A stretch of DNA of 64,000 bases, taken from the NCBI GenBank assembly GCA_035758565.1, contig DASTXL010000001.1, forward strand, positions 75,242 to 139,241. The letters run 5' to 3'. This document shows positions 7,847 to 18,383 of the stretch, piece after piece (position 1 is the first letter of the stretch; every line of letters begins with the position of its first letter). Origin of the DNA: Candidatus Saccharimonadales bacterium (GTDB taxonomy: Bacteria; Patescibacteriota; Saccharimonadia; Saccharimonadales; UBA10212). The notes beneath the pieces are model-generated. The model saw nothing but the letters and a program-made list of their open reading frames with translations, made no database searches and was not told the DNA's origin. The translations under genes were made by a program, and so were the position numbers.

Positions 7847-8617
7847 TCAAGCGTAAGTTTTTATTAGTAAACCTAGCGAAACAACTACGCCGGCAACAAC
7901 GACGATTGCCCTAATATAACTTGCCGGCAAACGCGAGCCATAATTGGCGCCAAGCCAGCCGCCAATAACGTCGCCAATGGCCAGCAGTGGCAATACGTGC
8001 CAGGTCACCAAGTGGTGCGAGACAAAATAAGTAATAGCCATCAAATTCATAGAAATCGACGAAAGGTTTTTAAAACCATTCATTTGGTTGATGTCGCTAA
8101 AAGAAGTCAGACTTAGGAACGCTAGCAGCATTACGCCATAGCCGGCACCAAAATATCCGCCGTAAATCCCCAGCAAAAACAAGGTGATAGCTGCCGCTGA
8201 TCCTAAAAAGAGCGGATGGCGACCCTCAAAAGCCTGGCTGGCTTTAGAGTTCAACAGCCCGTGGACTTTGGTATGCAGACCAATTAGGCCGGCGGCCAAA
8301 AGCAGCAGCCACGGTACGATGTACTCAAATGTGTTGTTGGATGTATGCCCCAAAAACACCGCGCCGATTTCGCCGCCAAGAAAACTAGGAATCAAAAGAA
8401 AAAAGAACTTACTAGGAATCTTTTTTATGGCCCGGCGGTAACCAATCGCCGAACTTATAGTGCCCGGCCAGACCACCAGGCTCAGAGTGGCATTGGCGCT
8501 GACAGGCTTTAGGCCCAAACTCAACATTAATGGGTAAAGAAAGATTGCCGCACCGCCGGCAATAGAGTTGAGCGTGCCGGCCGCCAAGCCGCCTAATAAT
8601 AAAAGGATGCTTTCCAT
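7847..8617 (-). CDS. TauE/SafE family sulfite-exporter-like membrane protein
   Basis: Polytopic. LLLLGGLAAGTLNSIAGGAAIFLYPLMLSLGL and a repeated GGxxG half are typical of TauE/SafE. Confidence 0.8.
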   Translation of the reverse strand: MESILLLLGGLAAGTLNSIAGGAAIFLYPLMLSLGLKPVSANATLSLVVWPGTISSAIGYRRAIKKIPSKFFFLLIPSFLGGEIGAVFLGHTSNNTFEYIVPWLLLLAAGLIGLHTKVHGLLNSKASQAFEGRHPLFLGSAAAITLFLLGIYGGYFGAGYGVMLLAFLSLTSFSDINQMNGFKNLSSISMNLMAITYFVSHHLVTWHVLPLLAIGDVIGGWLGANYGSRLPASYIRAIVVVAGVVVSLGLLIKTYA

Positions 8618-8621
8618 TAAT

Positions 8622-9770
8622 TTATTGCTGGTTCAGCTGGTCCACAAAACCTTGAATTTGACTGAAGTCGTAAATACCGGCTGCCGGGGACAAAGTTGAG
8701 CCATCCAGATACGTGCTCACCAAAAGGTTGGTGCCTTTGCCGTCAATGTTATTTAGGCTCACCGATTTAATTTTAGAATCAGGAACTTGCTTAGAGACTT
8801 TCGCCAGCCGCCTGATGTTGTTGCCGCTAAAGTCAGTTTGCACGTTATTGCCGGCGGCATCCATGAGGCTGCCAAGCTTAAATGGATTAGTCAAAACACC
8901 TAAGCTAGTGGCTTTGTCTTTGACGGCGGTTAGCATCTGGCGCTGATAATTAGTTCGGTCGAAGTCGCTATAGACTCCATAAGCGCCTGGTCCGTCGCCG
9001 CGCGAGCGGGCTAATGCTAAGGCCATGCCTCCGTCTAGTTTATCAACGCCGTTGGGCAATTTGAGAGCAGTGTAGGGGTCGTAAACGCCCCTTGGGTCCG
9101 AGCTCTTGATCGTTACAGTGATGCCTCCAACCGCATTAACCATGTCACGGAAGGCGCTGTAATTAATCAGCGCGTAATAATCGATAGGTACGCCAAAATC
9201 TTGGCTAACTACTTTTTCGAGCAAACCCATGCCGCCCGACGGATAGCCCGATTCGCTAAATTTCTGTGCCTGCCCACACTCGTAAACTGCATTAATCTTA
9301 CCGTCATCTCCGTATGGGCAGTTGGTTGTGCCGTATTTAACGTAAAGATCGCGGGGAATACTTAGCATATAGCCGGTGTGATCGCGGGTGTTGATACTAA
9401 CTAACATTATTGAATCGGTAAGTTGAGCGCCGGAGTGGCCGGGATCATCTACGGAATTGCCAGCTAGTAAAATATTAACCCGGCCGGTGTCCTCACCCTT
9501 GAGCGGCGAGCTGGCAAACAGACTAAAGATTGTGCAATCGTTGAAAACTTTAGAGCAGTTTTTCTCGAATTTATAACTCAGCCAACCAACCGACGCGATA
9601 AACAAAATTAAAACCACCAGAAAAAGTCTTAAAACAACCTTTTTCCAGCCGATTTTCTGCTTTTGGACGGGCAGAGGCTTTGGGGTGATTTCTTGGCGGC
9701 GGTTGGCGTGCGCCAACATATTGGGCAGGCTTTTGCCAACGTCAAAATTTTCTTTATGTTTCTGGGTCAT
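8622..9770 (-). CDS. LytR-CpsA-Psr (LCP) family cell-envelope phosphotransferase
   Basis: N-terminal TM, then VNILLAGNSVDD...LTDSIMLVSIN...MLSIPRDLYV...INYSAFRDMVNAVGGITV. Confidence 0.85.
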   Translation of the reverse strand: MTQKHKENFDVGKSLPNMLAHANRRQEITPKPLPVQKQKIGWKKVVLRLFLVVLILFIASVGWLSYKFEKNCSKVFNDCTIFSLFASSPLKGEDTGRVNILLAGNSVDDPGHSGAQLTDSIMLVSINTRDHTGYMLSIPRDLYVKYGTTNCPYGDDGKINAVYECGQAQKFSESGYPSGGMGLLEKVVSQDFGVPIDYYALINYSAFRDMVNAVGGITVTIKSSDPRGVYDPYTALKLPNGVDKLDGGMALALARSRGDGPGAYGVYSDFDRTNYQRQMLTAVKDKATSLGVLTNPFKLGSLMDAAGNNVQTDFSGNNIRRLAKVSKQVPDSKIKSVSLNNIDGKGTNLLVSTYLDGSTLSPAAGIYDFSQIQGFVDQLNQQ

Positions 9771-9870
9771 TAGGCATATTTTACTTTAGTTGATCTTAGC
9801 AAACCATACGGTATATTCTATCTATCAAACCTTAGCCAATACTTATAATAATTGGTATAATTAGCTACAG

Positions 9871-10161
9871 ATGGTGAAAAGTAAAAAAGCTCGAGTGGAT
9901 TCGGGCGGTGAGCCCAGCCTAGCAAAGGGTGATGGCGCGGTATTTCTAGCCGCGGCATTAGATATGAGTTGGCGGCTGGCGATCGCGGTTTTGGTACCGA
10001 TTATCGGCGGACATTATTTGGACGAAGCATTTAACAGCTCGCCATGGATTACTGTGGCCGGTTTTGTGGTAGCTTTTGTTGGTGTGATTGGCGTAATGAA
10101 ATGGGTGGTGGCCGAAAGTAACCGCCGCATTTCCGATTCTGACCAAAAGGGGAGGTCGTAA
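9871..10161 (+). CDS. AtpZ/AtpI-like small membrane protein of the ATP synthase operon
   Basis: Two TM helices. First gene of the atp operon; its stop overlaps the atpB start. Confidence 0.55.
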   Translation: MVKSKKARVDSGGEPSLAKGDGAVFLAAALDMSWRLAIAVLVPIIGGHYLDEAFNSSPWITVAGFVVAFVGVIGVMKWVVAESNRRISDSDQKGRS

Positions 10162-11003
10162 TGTTCCCTCATCTTCTAAGTTTGGCAGCGGCTGACGGTC
10201 CGGCTATTAATTTAACCCAGCAAACAGTATTCCATATCGGCTCCTGGGCTATTTCTAACGTTGAGCTGTATGGCTGGGCGTCAATTATTTTTGTAATTAT
10301 TTTCTTAACTGTTATGGCGCGCAAAGTCACCGTTCATCCCAGGGGCGGCATCATTCAGATAGTTGAAATAGTGGCGGAGTTTATTCGTGGCACAGTAGAT
10401 AATGCTTTTGAAGACAAGTCTAAGGCCAGGAAGTATTTACCATATTTTGTTACGTTATTTTTCTTTATTTTGAGTGTTAACTGGCTAGGATTACTGCCGA
10501 TCACCCGCGACGCCTTCCAGAGCCACGGCGCGCCGCTGCTCAAACCATGGACGGGCAGCTTTAACTCAACTTTGGCTATGGCCGCGGTCACTATGCTATT
10601 CGTTTACACCATGACGCTGCGCGATTTGGGCTTTAAGCGTTTTATTGGGCACTTCTTCGTCGGTAATCCAAAGAATCCGTTGTTTCTATTCATCGGTTTT
10701 ATCGAAATGATTAGCGATGCTATACGTGTTATCAGCCTTAGCCTCCGACTTTTTCTCAATGTGGCCATTGGCGAGATTATGATTGCTGTTTTTACCTATC
10801 TGGGCGGCGTGTTGGGACCGGTGACGGCACTGCCTTTCTTTTTGATGGAAATGTTCGTACTGGCTCTGCAAGCTTATATTTTTGTCATCCTGTCGATTAT
10901 GTACTTGGCGGTGGCCGTTAACCACGGCGCTGAAGCTCCTGCCGAAGACTTGACCGAAGAAACTGTTCCTGGAACAATAAAGGCGAGCCCAGAGAAAGCA
11001 TGA
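10161..11003 (+). CDS. atpB: F0F1 ATP synthase subunit a
   Basis: Polytopic. ISLSLRLFLNVAIGEIM carries the conserved Arg helix. Operon context. Confidence 0.92.
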   Translation: MFPHLLSLAAADGPAINLTQQTVFHIGSWAISNVELYGWASIIFVIIFLTVMARKVTVHPRGGIIQIVEIVAEFIRGTVDNAFEDKSKARKYLPYFVTLFFFILSVNWLGLLPITRDAFQSHGAPLLKPWTGSFNSTLAMAAVTMLFVYTMTLRDLGFKRFIGHFFVGNPKNPLFLFIGFIEMISDAIRVISLSLRLFLNVAIGEIMIAVFTYLGGVLGPVTALPFFLMEMFVLALQAYIFVILSIMYLAVAVNHGAEAPAEDLTEETVPGTIKASPEKA

Positions 11004-11064
11004 GGTGGGGTAAGACGGCTCTTTTTTAATGTTTATGAATTTTAATAATTAATAACAAGGAGTA

Positions 11065-11304
11065 ATGACAGACATGATCTCATTTGCAGACGCGATCAAC
11101 ACCGCCATCATTGGCAAGGGCCTGATGATTGGCGGCGGATTTATCGGGCCGGCTATCGGCATAGGTATTATTGGCGGTAATTACATGCAAGCGGTTGGCC
11201 GTAATCCAGAGGCTTCTAAGTTTTTGGGTCAGGCGCTAATCTTTACGGCGCTGGCTGAGCTTTTCGGGTTGATTGCTTTTGCCTCAATCTTCATCGTCAA
11301 ATAA
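11065..11304 (+). CDS. atpE: F0F1 ATP synthase subunit c
   Basis: 79-aa hairpin proteolipid with GRNPEA loop and ALAELFGLIAF (carboxylate E). Confidence 0.92.
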   Translation: MTDMISFADAINTAIIGKGLMIGGGFIGPAIGIGIIGGNYMQAVGRNPEASKFLGQALIFTALAELFGLIAFASIFIVK

Positions 11305-11446
11305 GAGAGATTTCCGAGAAAATGCACATTTTGCCCGAAAATTTGCGCTTCAATGCTCACGTACCAATAAGTACGCTGCGCTTCGATGCTCAATTTTCGA
11401 ACAAACTGCACTATTTTTCAAAAATCTCTAAGTTAATAAGGAATAA

Positions 11447-11974
11447 ATGATTAGTTTAATCATAGAATTTGCGGCCGACTCGGCTAATTCAGGTATTCTA
11501 GGACTCGATGTCCACGAGTTTGTAGTGCAGCTAATTACGTTCATTCTGGCGATTTTAGCTCTGATGAAATTCGCTGTGAGCCCGATTAACAAGATGCTGG
11601 ACGCTCGCCGTGAAACTATTGAAAAGGGCGTATCTCTGGGCGAAAAAATGCAAAAAGACCAGGCAGAGATGGAGGCTAAAGTAGCCGCAGCCTTGCGCGA
11701 TGCTCGCGAACAGGCCGATAAAATTATTGCCGACGCAGCCGAGCACGGCCGCCAGGCGATCGTTGAGGCCGAGGCTAAAGCCAAAGAAAAGGCTGAGGCC
11801 ATAATCGCCAGTGGTCAGGAGCGCGTTGAGCAGGATATTAAAGAGGCTCGCACTAAACTAGAAAAAGAATTGTCTGGTTTAGTCGCTGAAGCTACCGAGG
11901 CGGTTATAGGCGAGAAGGTAGATGCCAAAAAAGACGCCGCTCTAATTGATAAGGCTTTGCGGGGGCGGGCATGA
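11447..11974 (+). CDS. atpF: F0F1 ATP synthase subunit b
   Basis: N-terminal TM plus a long charged coiled coil. Operon order. Confidence 0.88.
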   Translation: MISLIIEFAADSANSGILGLDVHEFVVQLITFILAILALMKFAVSPINKMLDARRETIEKGVSLGEKMQKDQAEMEAKVAAALRDAREQADKIIADAAEHGRQAIVEAEAKAKEKAEAIIASGQERVEQDIKEARTKLEKELSGLVAEATEAVIGEKVDAKKDAALIDKALRGRA

Positions 11975-12372
11975 GTTCTAAGATATCCCGCAGCGAGCTG
12001 GTAGTGATTTTAGACAAATTGTCTACAAAACTGCCATCTAAAAAGTTCAGCCGCGAGGTAGCTAACTATCTTTTGAGCGAGAAGCGCACCGGTGAGCTAG
12101 ACAGCCTGGCTCGTGAATTGATTAACTACCGGGCCGAGAAAGGCGTAGTGGAAGTTACCGCCGTTAGTGCGCGCGCGCTTAGTTCGACGGCGGTCAGTGA
12201 GGTGAAGCAGAAGGTTAAGCAGCTCTACCCAGGCGCCCGTCAGATAATTATTAACCAGAGGATTGATGATAGTCAGATTGGCGGTGTGCGGCTGGAGTTC
12301 CCCGACAAGCAGTTGGACTTAACTCTGAGAAGCAAAATTAACAAATTTAAACAACAGACGGTAGGTAACTAA
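11971..12372 (+). CDS. atpH: F0F1 ATP synthase subunit delta (short form)
   Basis: C-terminal IDDSQIGGVRLEFPDKQLDLTLRSKINKF matches the OSCP/delta tail. 4-nt overlap with atpF. Confidence 0.8.
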   Translation: MSSKISRSELVVILDKLSTKLPSKKFSREVANYLLSEKRTGELDSLARELINYRAEKGVVEVTAVSARALSSTAVSEVKQKVKQLYPGARQIIINQRIDDSQIGGVRLEFPDKQLDLTLRSKINKFKQQTVGN

Positions 12373-12375
12373 CTT

Positions 12376-13935
12376 ATGGCGACAGATTTGAACGTTAAGA
12401 ATTTATCAGGCGATATCCGCGCGGCCATTGCCGAGCTTAAAAAGCGGCCCGAAATTGAATCAGTAGGTATTGTTACCCGCGCTGCCGACGGCATTGTCTG
12501 GATTTATGGTCTTAGGTCTTGCGGTTATTCGGAGATGATTGAGATCGACGCTGTGGGCGGCGGGGTGGTTACGGCTTTCGCCCTTAATCTTGGCGAAGAT
12601 GAAATCGGTGCCGTACTCTTGGGTGCCGATGACCGGGTAGAAGCCGGCGCTAAAGCCCGCCTTTCCGGCAAGGTTTTGGAGGTTCCGGTAGGGCCGGAGT
12701 TGGCCGGCCGAGTGGTCAACCCGCTAGGCCAGCCACTAGACGGCGGTGAACCTATCAAAACCAAGCAAACGGCTCGCGTGGAACGTCCGGCACCAGGTGT
12801 ACTGGACCGCAAACACGTCGCCGAACCGCTGATGACGGGACTAACGGCCATCGACACTTTAGTGCCAATCGGCCGCGGTCAGCGCGAGCTTATTATTGGC
12901 GACCGTCAAACCGGCAAGACTGCCATTGCCGTTGACGCCATGATTAACCAGGCTCGCTCTAAGTCCGGTGTTATCAATGTTTATGTGGCTATCGGCCAGA
13001 AATTATCTAAAATCGCAGCCTTGACTGAACGCCTCAAGCGCGAAAAAGTTATGGACCAGACCATTATCGTGGCTACCAGTCCCAGCGATCCAGCCGCCTT
13101 GCTTTACTTGGCACCATACGCGGCGACCGCCATGGGCGAATATTTTCGCGATAACAAGCAGCACGCCTTGATTATTTACGACGATTTATCTAAGCACGCC
13201 GTGGCTTACCGTCAGATGTCACTACTCTTGCGCCGTCCGCCAGGCCGCGAAGCTTATCCGGGTGATGTCTTCTATCTGCACTCACGCCTGCTGGAGCGTT
13301 CAGCGAAACTAGCCGATAAGCTCGGCGGCGGTTCACTAACCGCTCTGCCGATCATCGAGACCCAGGCCGGTGATATTTCCGCCTACATCCCAACCAATGT
13401 CATTTCTATCACTGACGGTCAGATCTTCCTCGAGACCAACTTGTTCTACCAGGGAATCCGGCCAGCTATTTCTGTAGGCCTGTCTGTGTCGCGCGTTGGT
13501 GGCGATGCTCAGACCAAAGCCATCAAGAGCGTTGGCGGCGGTTTGAAACTGAGCCTAGCGCAGTTCCGTGAGTTGGCATCCTTTAGTCAGTTCTCCACCG
13601 ACCTTGATGAAGAAACCCGCAGCACGATTGAACGCGGCCAGCGTTTGACCGAACTTTTGAAGCAGCCACAATACTCACCGAAATCTATTTGGGAAATGTA
13701 TTGTTCTCTGCTCGCAGTCACCAATGGTTGCTTTGATAATGTGGAGCTTCCGAAAATCAAGCCGGCCGAGGCGGCGCTGCTTGCCGAGCTAAAATCCAAG
13801 CACGCTAAGCTGGTCGAAGCTATTAATAAGGGCGACAAACCAACCGACGAGCAGACCAACCAGGTATTGAAAGTAGCTCAGACGATCGCTAAGAGTTACG
13901 AAACAACTAAGTCTAACCAGAATAGGGCGGCTTAG
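12376..13935 (+). CDS. atpA: F0F1 ATP synthase subunit alpha
   Basis: GDRQTGKTAIA Walker A; ...ETQAGDISAYIPTNVISITDGQIFLE. Confidence 0.97.
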   Translation: MATDLNVKNLSGDIRAAIAELKKRPEIESVGIVTRAADGIVWIYGLRSCGYSEMIEIDAVGGGVVTAFALNLGEDEIGAVLLGADDRVEAGAKARLSGKVLEVPVGPELAGRVVNPLGQPLDGGEPIKTKQTARVERPAPGVLDRKHVAEPLMTGLTAIDTLVPIGRGQRELIIGDRQTGKTAIAVDAMINQARSKSGVINVYVAIGQKLSKIAALTERLKREKVMDQTIIVATSPSDPAALLYLAPYAATAMGEYFRDNKQHALIIYDDLSKHAVAYRQMSLLLRRPPGREAYPGDVFYLHSRLLERSAKLADKLGGGSLTALPIIETQAGDISAYIPTNVISITDGQIFLETNLFYQGIRPAISVGLSVSRVGGDAQTKAIKSVGGGLKLSLAQFRELASFSQFSTDLDEETRSTIERGQRLTELLKQPQYSPKSIWEMYCSLLAVTNGCFDNVELPKIKPAEAALLAELKSKHAKLVEAINKGDKPTDEQTNQVLKVAQTIAKSYETTKSNQNRAA

Positions 13936-13937
13936 AA

Positions 13938-14813
13938 ATGCCAAGTCTAATAACGCTAAAGCGCCGGATCGGCTCCATCAAAAATACTCGCCAAATTACT
14001 AAGGCGATGGAGTTGGTTAGCTCTTCTAAACTGCGCCGGGCCCAGGCCGCGGCGCTAGCGTCCAGGGCTTATCGGGAGGCGGCTTATGATCTGCTATCTC
14101 GTCTAAATCAGGTGAAGGAAGTCGAGCAGCAACCGCTGTTTAAAAAGCGCCCGATTAAAACTCGCCTGTACGTAGTGATTACATCCAACAGTGGGCTAGC
14201 CGGGGCTTATAATTCCAATGTTTTAAAGTTACTGGCCCAAGATTTAAAGCAAGACCAATCAGAAAAAGTTAAATCCAGCGCCATCACGGTTGGTTCCAAA
14301 GGCGCCCAGTTTGTCCGAAGAGTTGAGAACGTCGAACTCTTTAGTCATTATCCGGCCTTTGGCGACGAGCCAACAGAGGGTGATATTGTGCCACTCTTAA
14401 ATTCGGTTATTGACGCTTACCGCGAAGAGAAGGTTGACGAAGTCCGCTTAATCTATACGGAGTTTAAATCCAGCCTGAGCCAGGTAGCGACCAGCCTTTC
14501 GCTATTGCCGGCCGGTACAGAAGAAATGCCAAAAGAACCGCCGGCCACTGCCGGTTTTATGAATTTTGAGCCGGATGTTGAAACGGTTATTCATAACGCC
14601 GGCGTCCGGCTGATTCAGGCCCAGATATGGCAAGCTTTACTGGAAAGCAACGCTAGCGAGCACGCTATGCGTGCCGTAGCCATGAAGAACGCCACCGATA
14701 ACGCCGACGATCTTATCGAAGATTATACGTTGGAATATAACTCGACCCGTCAAGGTAAAATTACCCAGGAAATCGCCGAAATCACAGGAGGAGCAGAAGC
14801 ACTTACTGCTTAG
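13938..14813 (+). CDS. atpG: F0F1 ATP synthase subunit gamma
   Basis: IKNTRQITKAMELVSSSKLRRAQ at the N-terminus and ITQEIAEITGGAEAL at the C-terminus. Confidence 0.95.
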   Translation: MPSLITLKRRIGSIKNTRQITKAMELVSSSKLRRAQAAALASRAYREAAYDLLSRLNQVKEVEQQPLFKKRPIKTRLYVVITSNSGLAGAYNSNVLKLLAQDLKQDQSEKVKSSAITVGSKGAQFVRRVENVELFSHYPAFGDEPTEGDIVPLLNSVIDAYREEKVDEVRLIYTEFKSSLSQVATSLSLLPAGTEEMPKEPPATAGFMNFEPDVETVIHNAGVRLIQAQIWQALLESNASEHAMRAVAMKNATDNADDLIEDYTLEYNSTRQGKITQEIAEITGGAEALTA

Positions 14814-14843
14814 GACATGATGGATAGATACGAAGTTTTTATA

Positions 14844-14877
14844 CAAAATTGTAAACAAATTCTTGTTTGCAATTTTG
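14844..14877 (+). other. 15-bp stem hairpin in the atpG-atpD spacer
   Basis: caaaattgtaaacaa-attc-ttgtttgcaattttg, with one G-U pair. No clear U-tract follows. Confidence 0.6.
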
Positions 14878-15014
14878 AGAGGAGGAGCAGCGATTTGCTG
14901 GAGACTCGAAACAGGTCTGCAAGAATAGTTTCGATGTCGGAAGCATTAAGCTTGCTTCGACGAGGAGCCGAGGCGATGGCCGGTTAATGAATGAAAATGG
15001 AGGAAGAAAGATAA

Positions 15015-16412
<1,398 letters not shown>

Positions 16413-16425
16413 AATCCGATAAGCA

Positions 16426-16851
16426 ATGATCCACTTACAGCTAGTAACATTAACCGGCATTAAGTTCGACGATGACGTTTACGAAGTAACTTTGCCGACG
16501 CTAGATGGCGAAATTGGTGTGCTGCAAGATCACATGCCGCTAGTTAGCGTAGCTACCAGCGGAGCCATTGCCATTAGAAAAAATCGTAATGACCCAGATC
16601 GCGCGCGCGATATTTTTGCTATCAGCGGCGGTGTGATAGACGTAGAAAATAATAATCTGCGAGTTATTGTGGACGAGGCCGACCATGCCGACAATATCAA
16701 CGAAGCCGAGGCCGAGGCTGCCCACCAGCGGGCGCTCGCGATGAAAGCCGAAGCTCGTGATCAAGTCAGTCTGGAGCACGCCCAAACCATGGTCGATCGC
16801 TCCAGCGCCCGCTTAGATGTCGCTAGGCTCAAGCGCCGCCACCAGCGATAA
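16426..16851 (+). CDS. atpC: F0F1 ATP synthase subunit epsilon
   Basis: Beta-sandwich N-terminus (LPTLDGEIGVLQDHMPLV) plus a helical C-terminus. Last gene of the operon. Confidence 0.9.
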   Translation: MIHLQLVTLTGIKFDDDVYEVTLPTLDGEIGVLQDHMPLVSVATSGAIAIRKNRNDPDRARDIFAISGGVIDVENNNLRVIVDEADHADNINEAEAEAAHQRALAMKAEARDQVSLEHAQTMVDRSSARLDVARLKRRHQR

Positions 16852-16857
16852 CGGCTC

Positions 16858-16945
16858 CGCTTACGCTTTGCCTTATGAGGAACCCCTTCGCGGTTCCTCA
16901 TCGCACCGGGCAAAAAGTGCGATTTTTGCTCGGGCTCTCTTCCGG
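16858..16945 (-). repeat. Two-hairpin dispersed repeat, copy B (inverted relative to copy A)
   Basis: Its reverse complement aligns with 5441-5525. Hairpins ATGAGGAACC/GGTTCCTCAT (16875-16901) and CCGGGCAAAAA/TTTTTGCTCGG. Confidence 0.65.
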
Positions 16946-17061
16946 AGGAATAGCGCGAGGCGTTACTACCTTTCCTTTAGACAGATTTTATTAGGCCCGT
17001 ATCCAAGTACGAGCCTTGCTGCCGGCATGAAGTGCACCGTGTCTCTATAAGTGATAATATT

Positions 17062-18372
17062 ATGATAACTATGAATAATGAGCTGCCGACCACAACTTTA
17101 GTGATTTTCGGCATTACCGGCGATCTAGCCAGCCGATATATTCTGCCGGCGCTGGCTAAACTCGACGAGCTGGGGCAGCTGCCCGAAAACTTTAGGTTAC
17201 TAGGGCTGTCACGTCGCCAGATTAGCTCGGAAGACGTGCTTAAGGGCGAGACCAGCCGGCTAAAGAAATACCTGGAAACAACCCAAATGGATATGGCCGA
17301 CCCGGCAGATTACCAAAAGCTAAAAGAAAAATTGCCAGCTCAGGGCCAGAAAATTTTCTACTTATCCATTCCGCCGGCTGCCGTTATGCCAATCTTGCGC
17401 CGCTTAAGCGCGGCCGGTTTGAATCACGGCAACACCAAACTGCTTTTAGAAAAACCGTTTGGTTACGATTTGGAGTCCGCCAGAGAATTAATAAGCGAAA
17501 TCGAGGAGTGCTTTAAAGAAGACCAGGTCTACCGCATAGATCACTACATGGCTAAAGAAATGGCCCAAAACATCTCTGTTTTTCTGGGTAGCAACGCGCT
17601 GTTCCGCAAAATCTGGAACAACCAATTTATTGACTCTATCGATATCATAGCGGCCGAGAAAATTGGTATTGAGGGTCGAGCAGATTTTTACGAACAAACC
17701 GGCGCTCTGCGTGATATTGTGCAGAACCACTTAATGAATCTGGCCGCCTTAACGTTGATGCGCCCGTGCGGCAGTCTTTTTGAGTTCGAAGATATGCCCG
17801 AGCGTCGTCTAGAAGCGCTCAAAAGTCTAAAAGCCGCCGATCCTAACGGAGCTGTTCGGGCTCAATATGATGGCTATCAAGACGAGGTGAGTAATGAGCG
17901 CTCGCTTGTTGAAACTTTTGCCGCCGTCACTCTAGAGTCCAGCGACCCGCGCTGGCATGGTGTGCCTATCAAGCTAGTTACGGGCAAAAATTTAGACACC
18001 AAAGTTACAGAAATAAGAGTTAGGTTCAAGCAAACTGACGAATCGCAAGCTAACGAACTTTGTCTGCGTATTCAGCCAAAAGAAGGTGTAGAGATTGATC
18101 TGTGGGCTAAGCAGCCAGGCTTTAGTCACGATTTGCGCCACTTGCCGCTGTCATTCGATTACGCTCAGGGCGCCGAGCGTTTGCCGAATGCTTACGAACA
18201 AGTCTTGGTCGACGCCATGCGCTCACGCACCAGTTTGTTTGCTGGCGCTGGCGAGGTATTAGAAACCTGGCGCGTGCTTCAGCCGATCTTGGAGCATTGG
18301 CAAATGAACTCAAATATAAATACCTACAAACCCGGTGTCGCGGTTGAACAAGTGCTCGAGGCCGACGTATAA
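17062..18372 (+). CDS. zwf: Glucose-6-phosphate 1-dehydrogenase
   Basis: LVIFGITGDLASRYILPAL (NADP site), RIDHYMAKE (RIDHYLGKE motif), DIVQNHL. Start could be ATG 17062 or 17071; the track GTG at 17032 is unlikely. Confidence 0.9.
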   Translation: MITMNNELPTTTLVIFGITGDLASRYILPALAKLDELGQLPENFRLLGLSRRQISSEDVLKGETSRLKKYLETTQMDMADPADYQKLKEKLPAQGQKIFYLSIPPAAVMPILRRLSAAGLNHGNTKLLLEKPFGYDLESARELISEIEECFKEDQVYRIDHYMAKEMAQNISVFLGSNALFRKIWNNQFIDSIDIIAAEKIGIEGRADFYEQTGALRDIVQNHLMNLAALTLMRPCGSLFEFEDMPERRLEALKSLKAADPNGAVRAQYDGYQDEVSNERSLVETFAAVTLESSDPRWHGVPIKLVTGKNLDTKVTEIRVRFKQTDESQANELCLRIQPKEGVEIDLWAKQPGFSHDLRHLPLSFDYAQGAERLPNAYEQVLVDAMRSRTSLFAGAGEVLETWRVLQPILEHWQMNSNINTYKPGVAVEQVLEADV

Positions 18373-18383
18373 TAGAGTAAATA

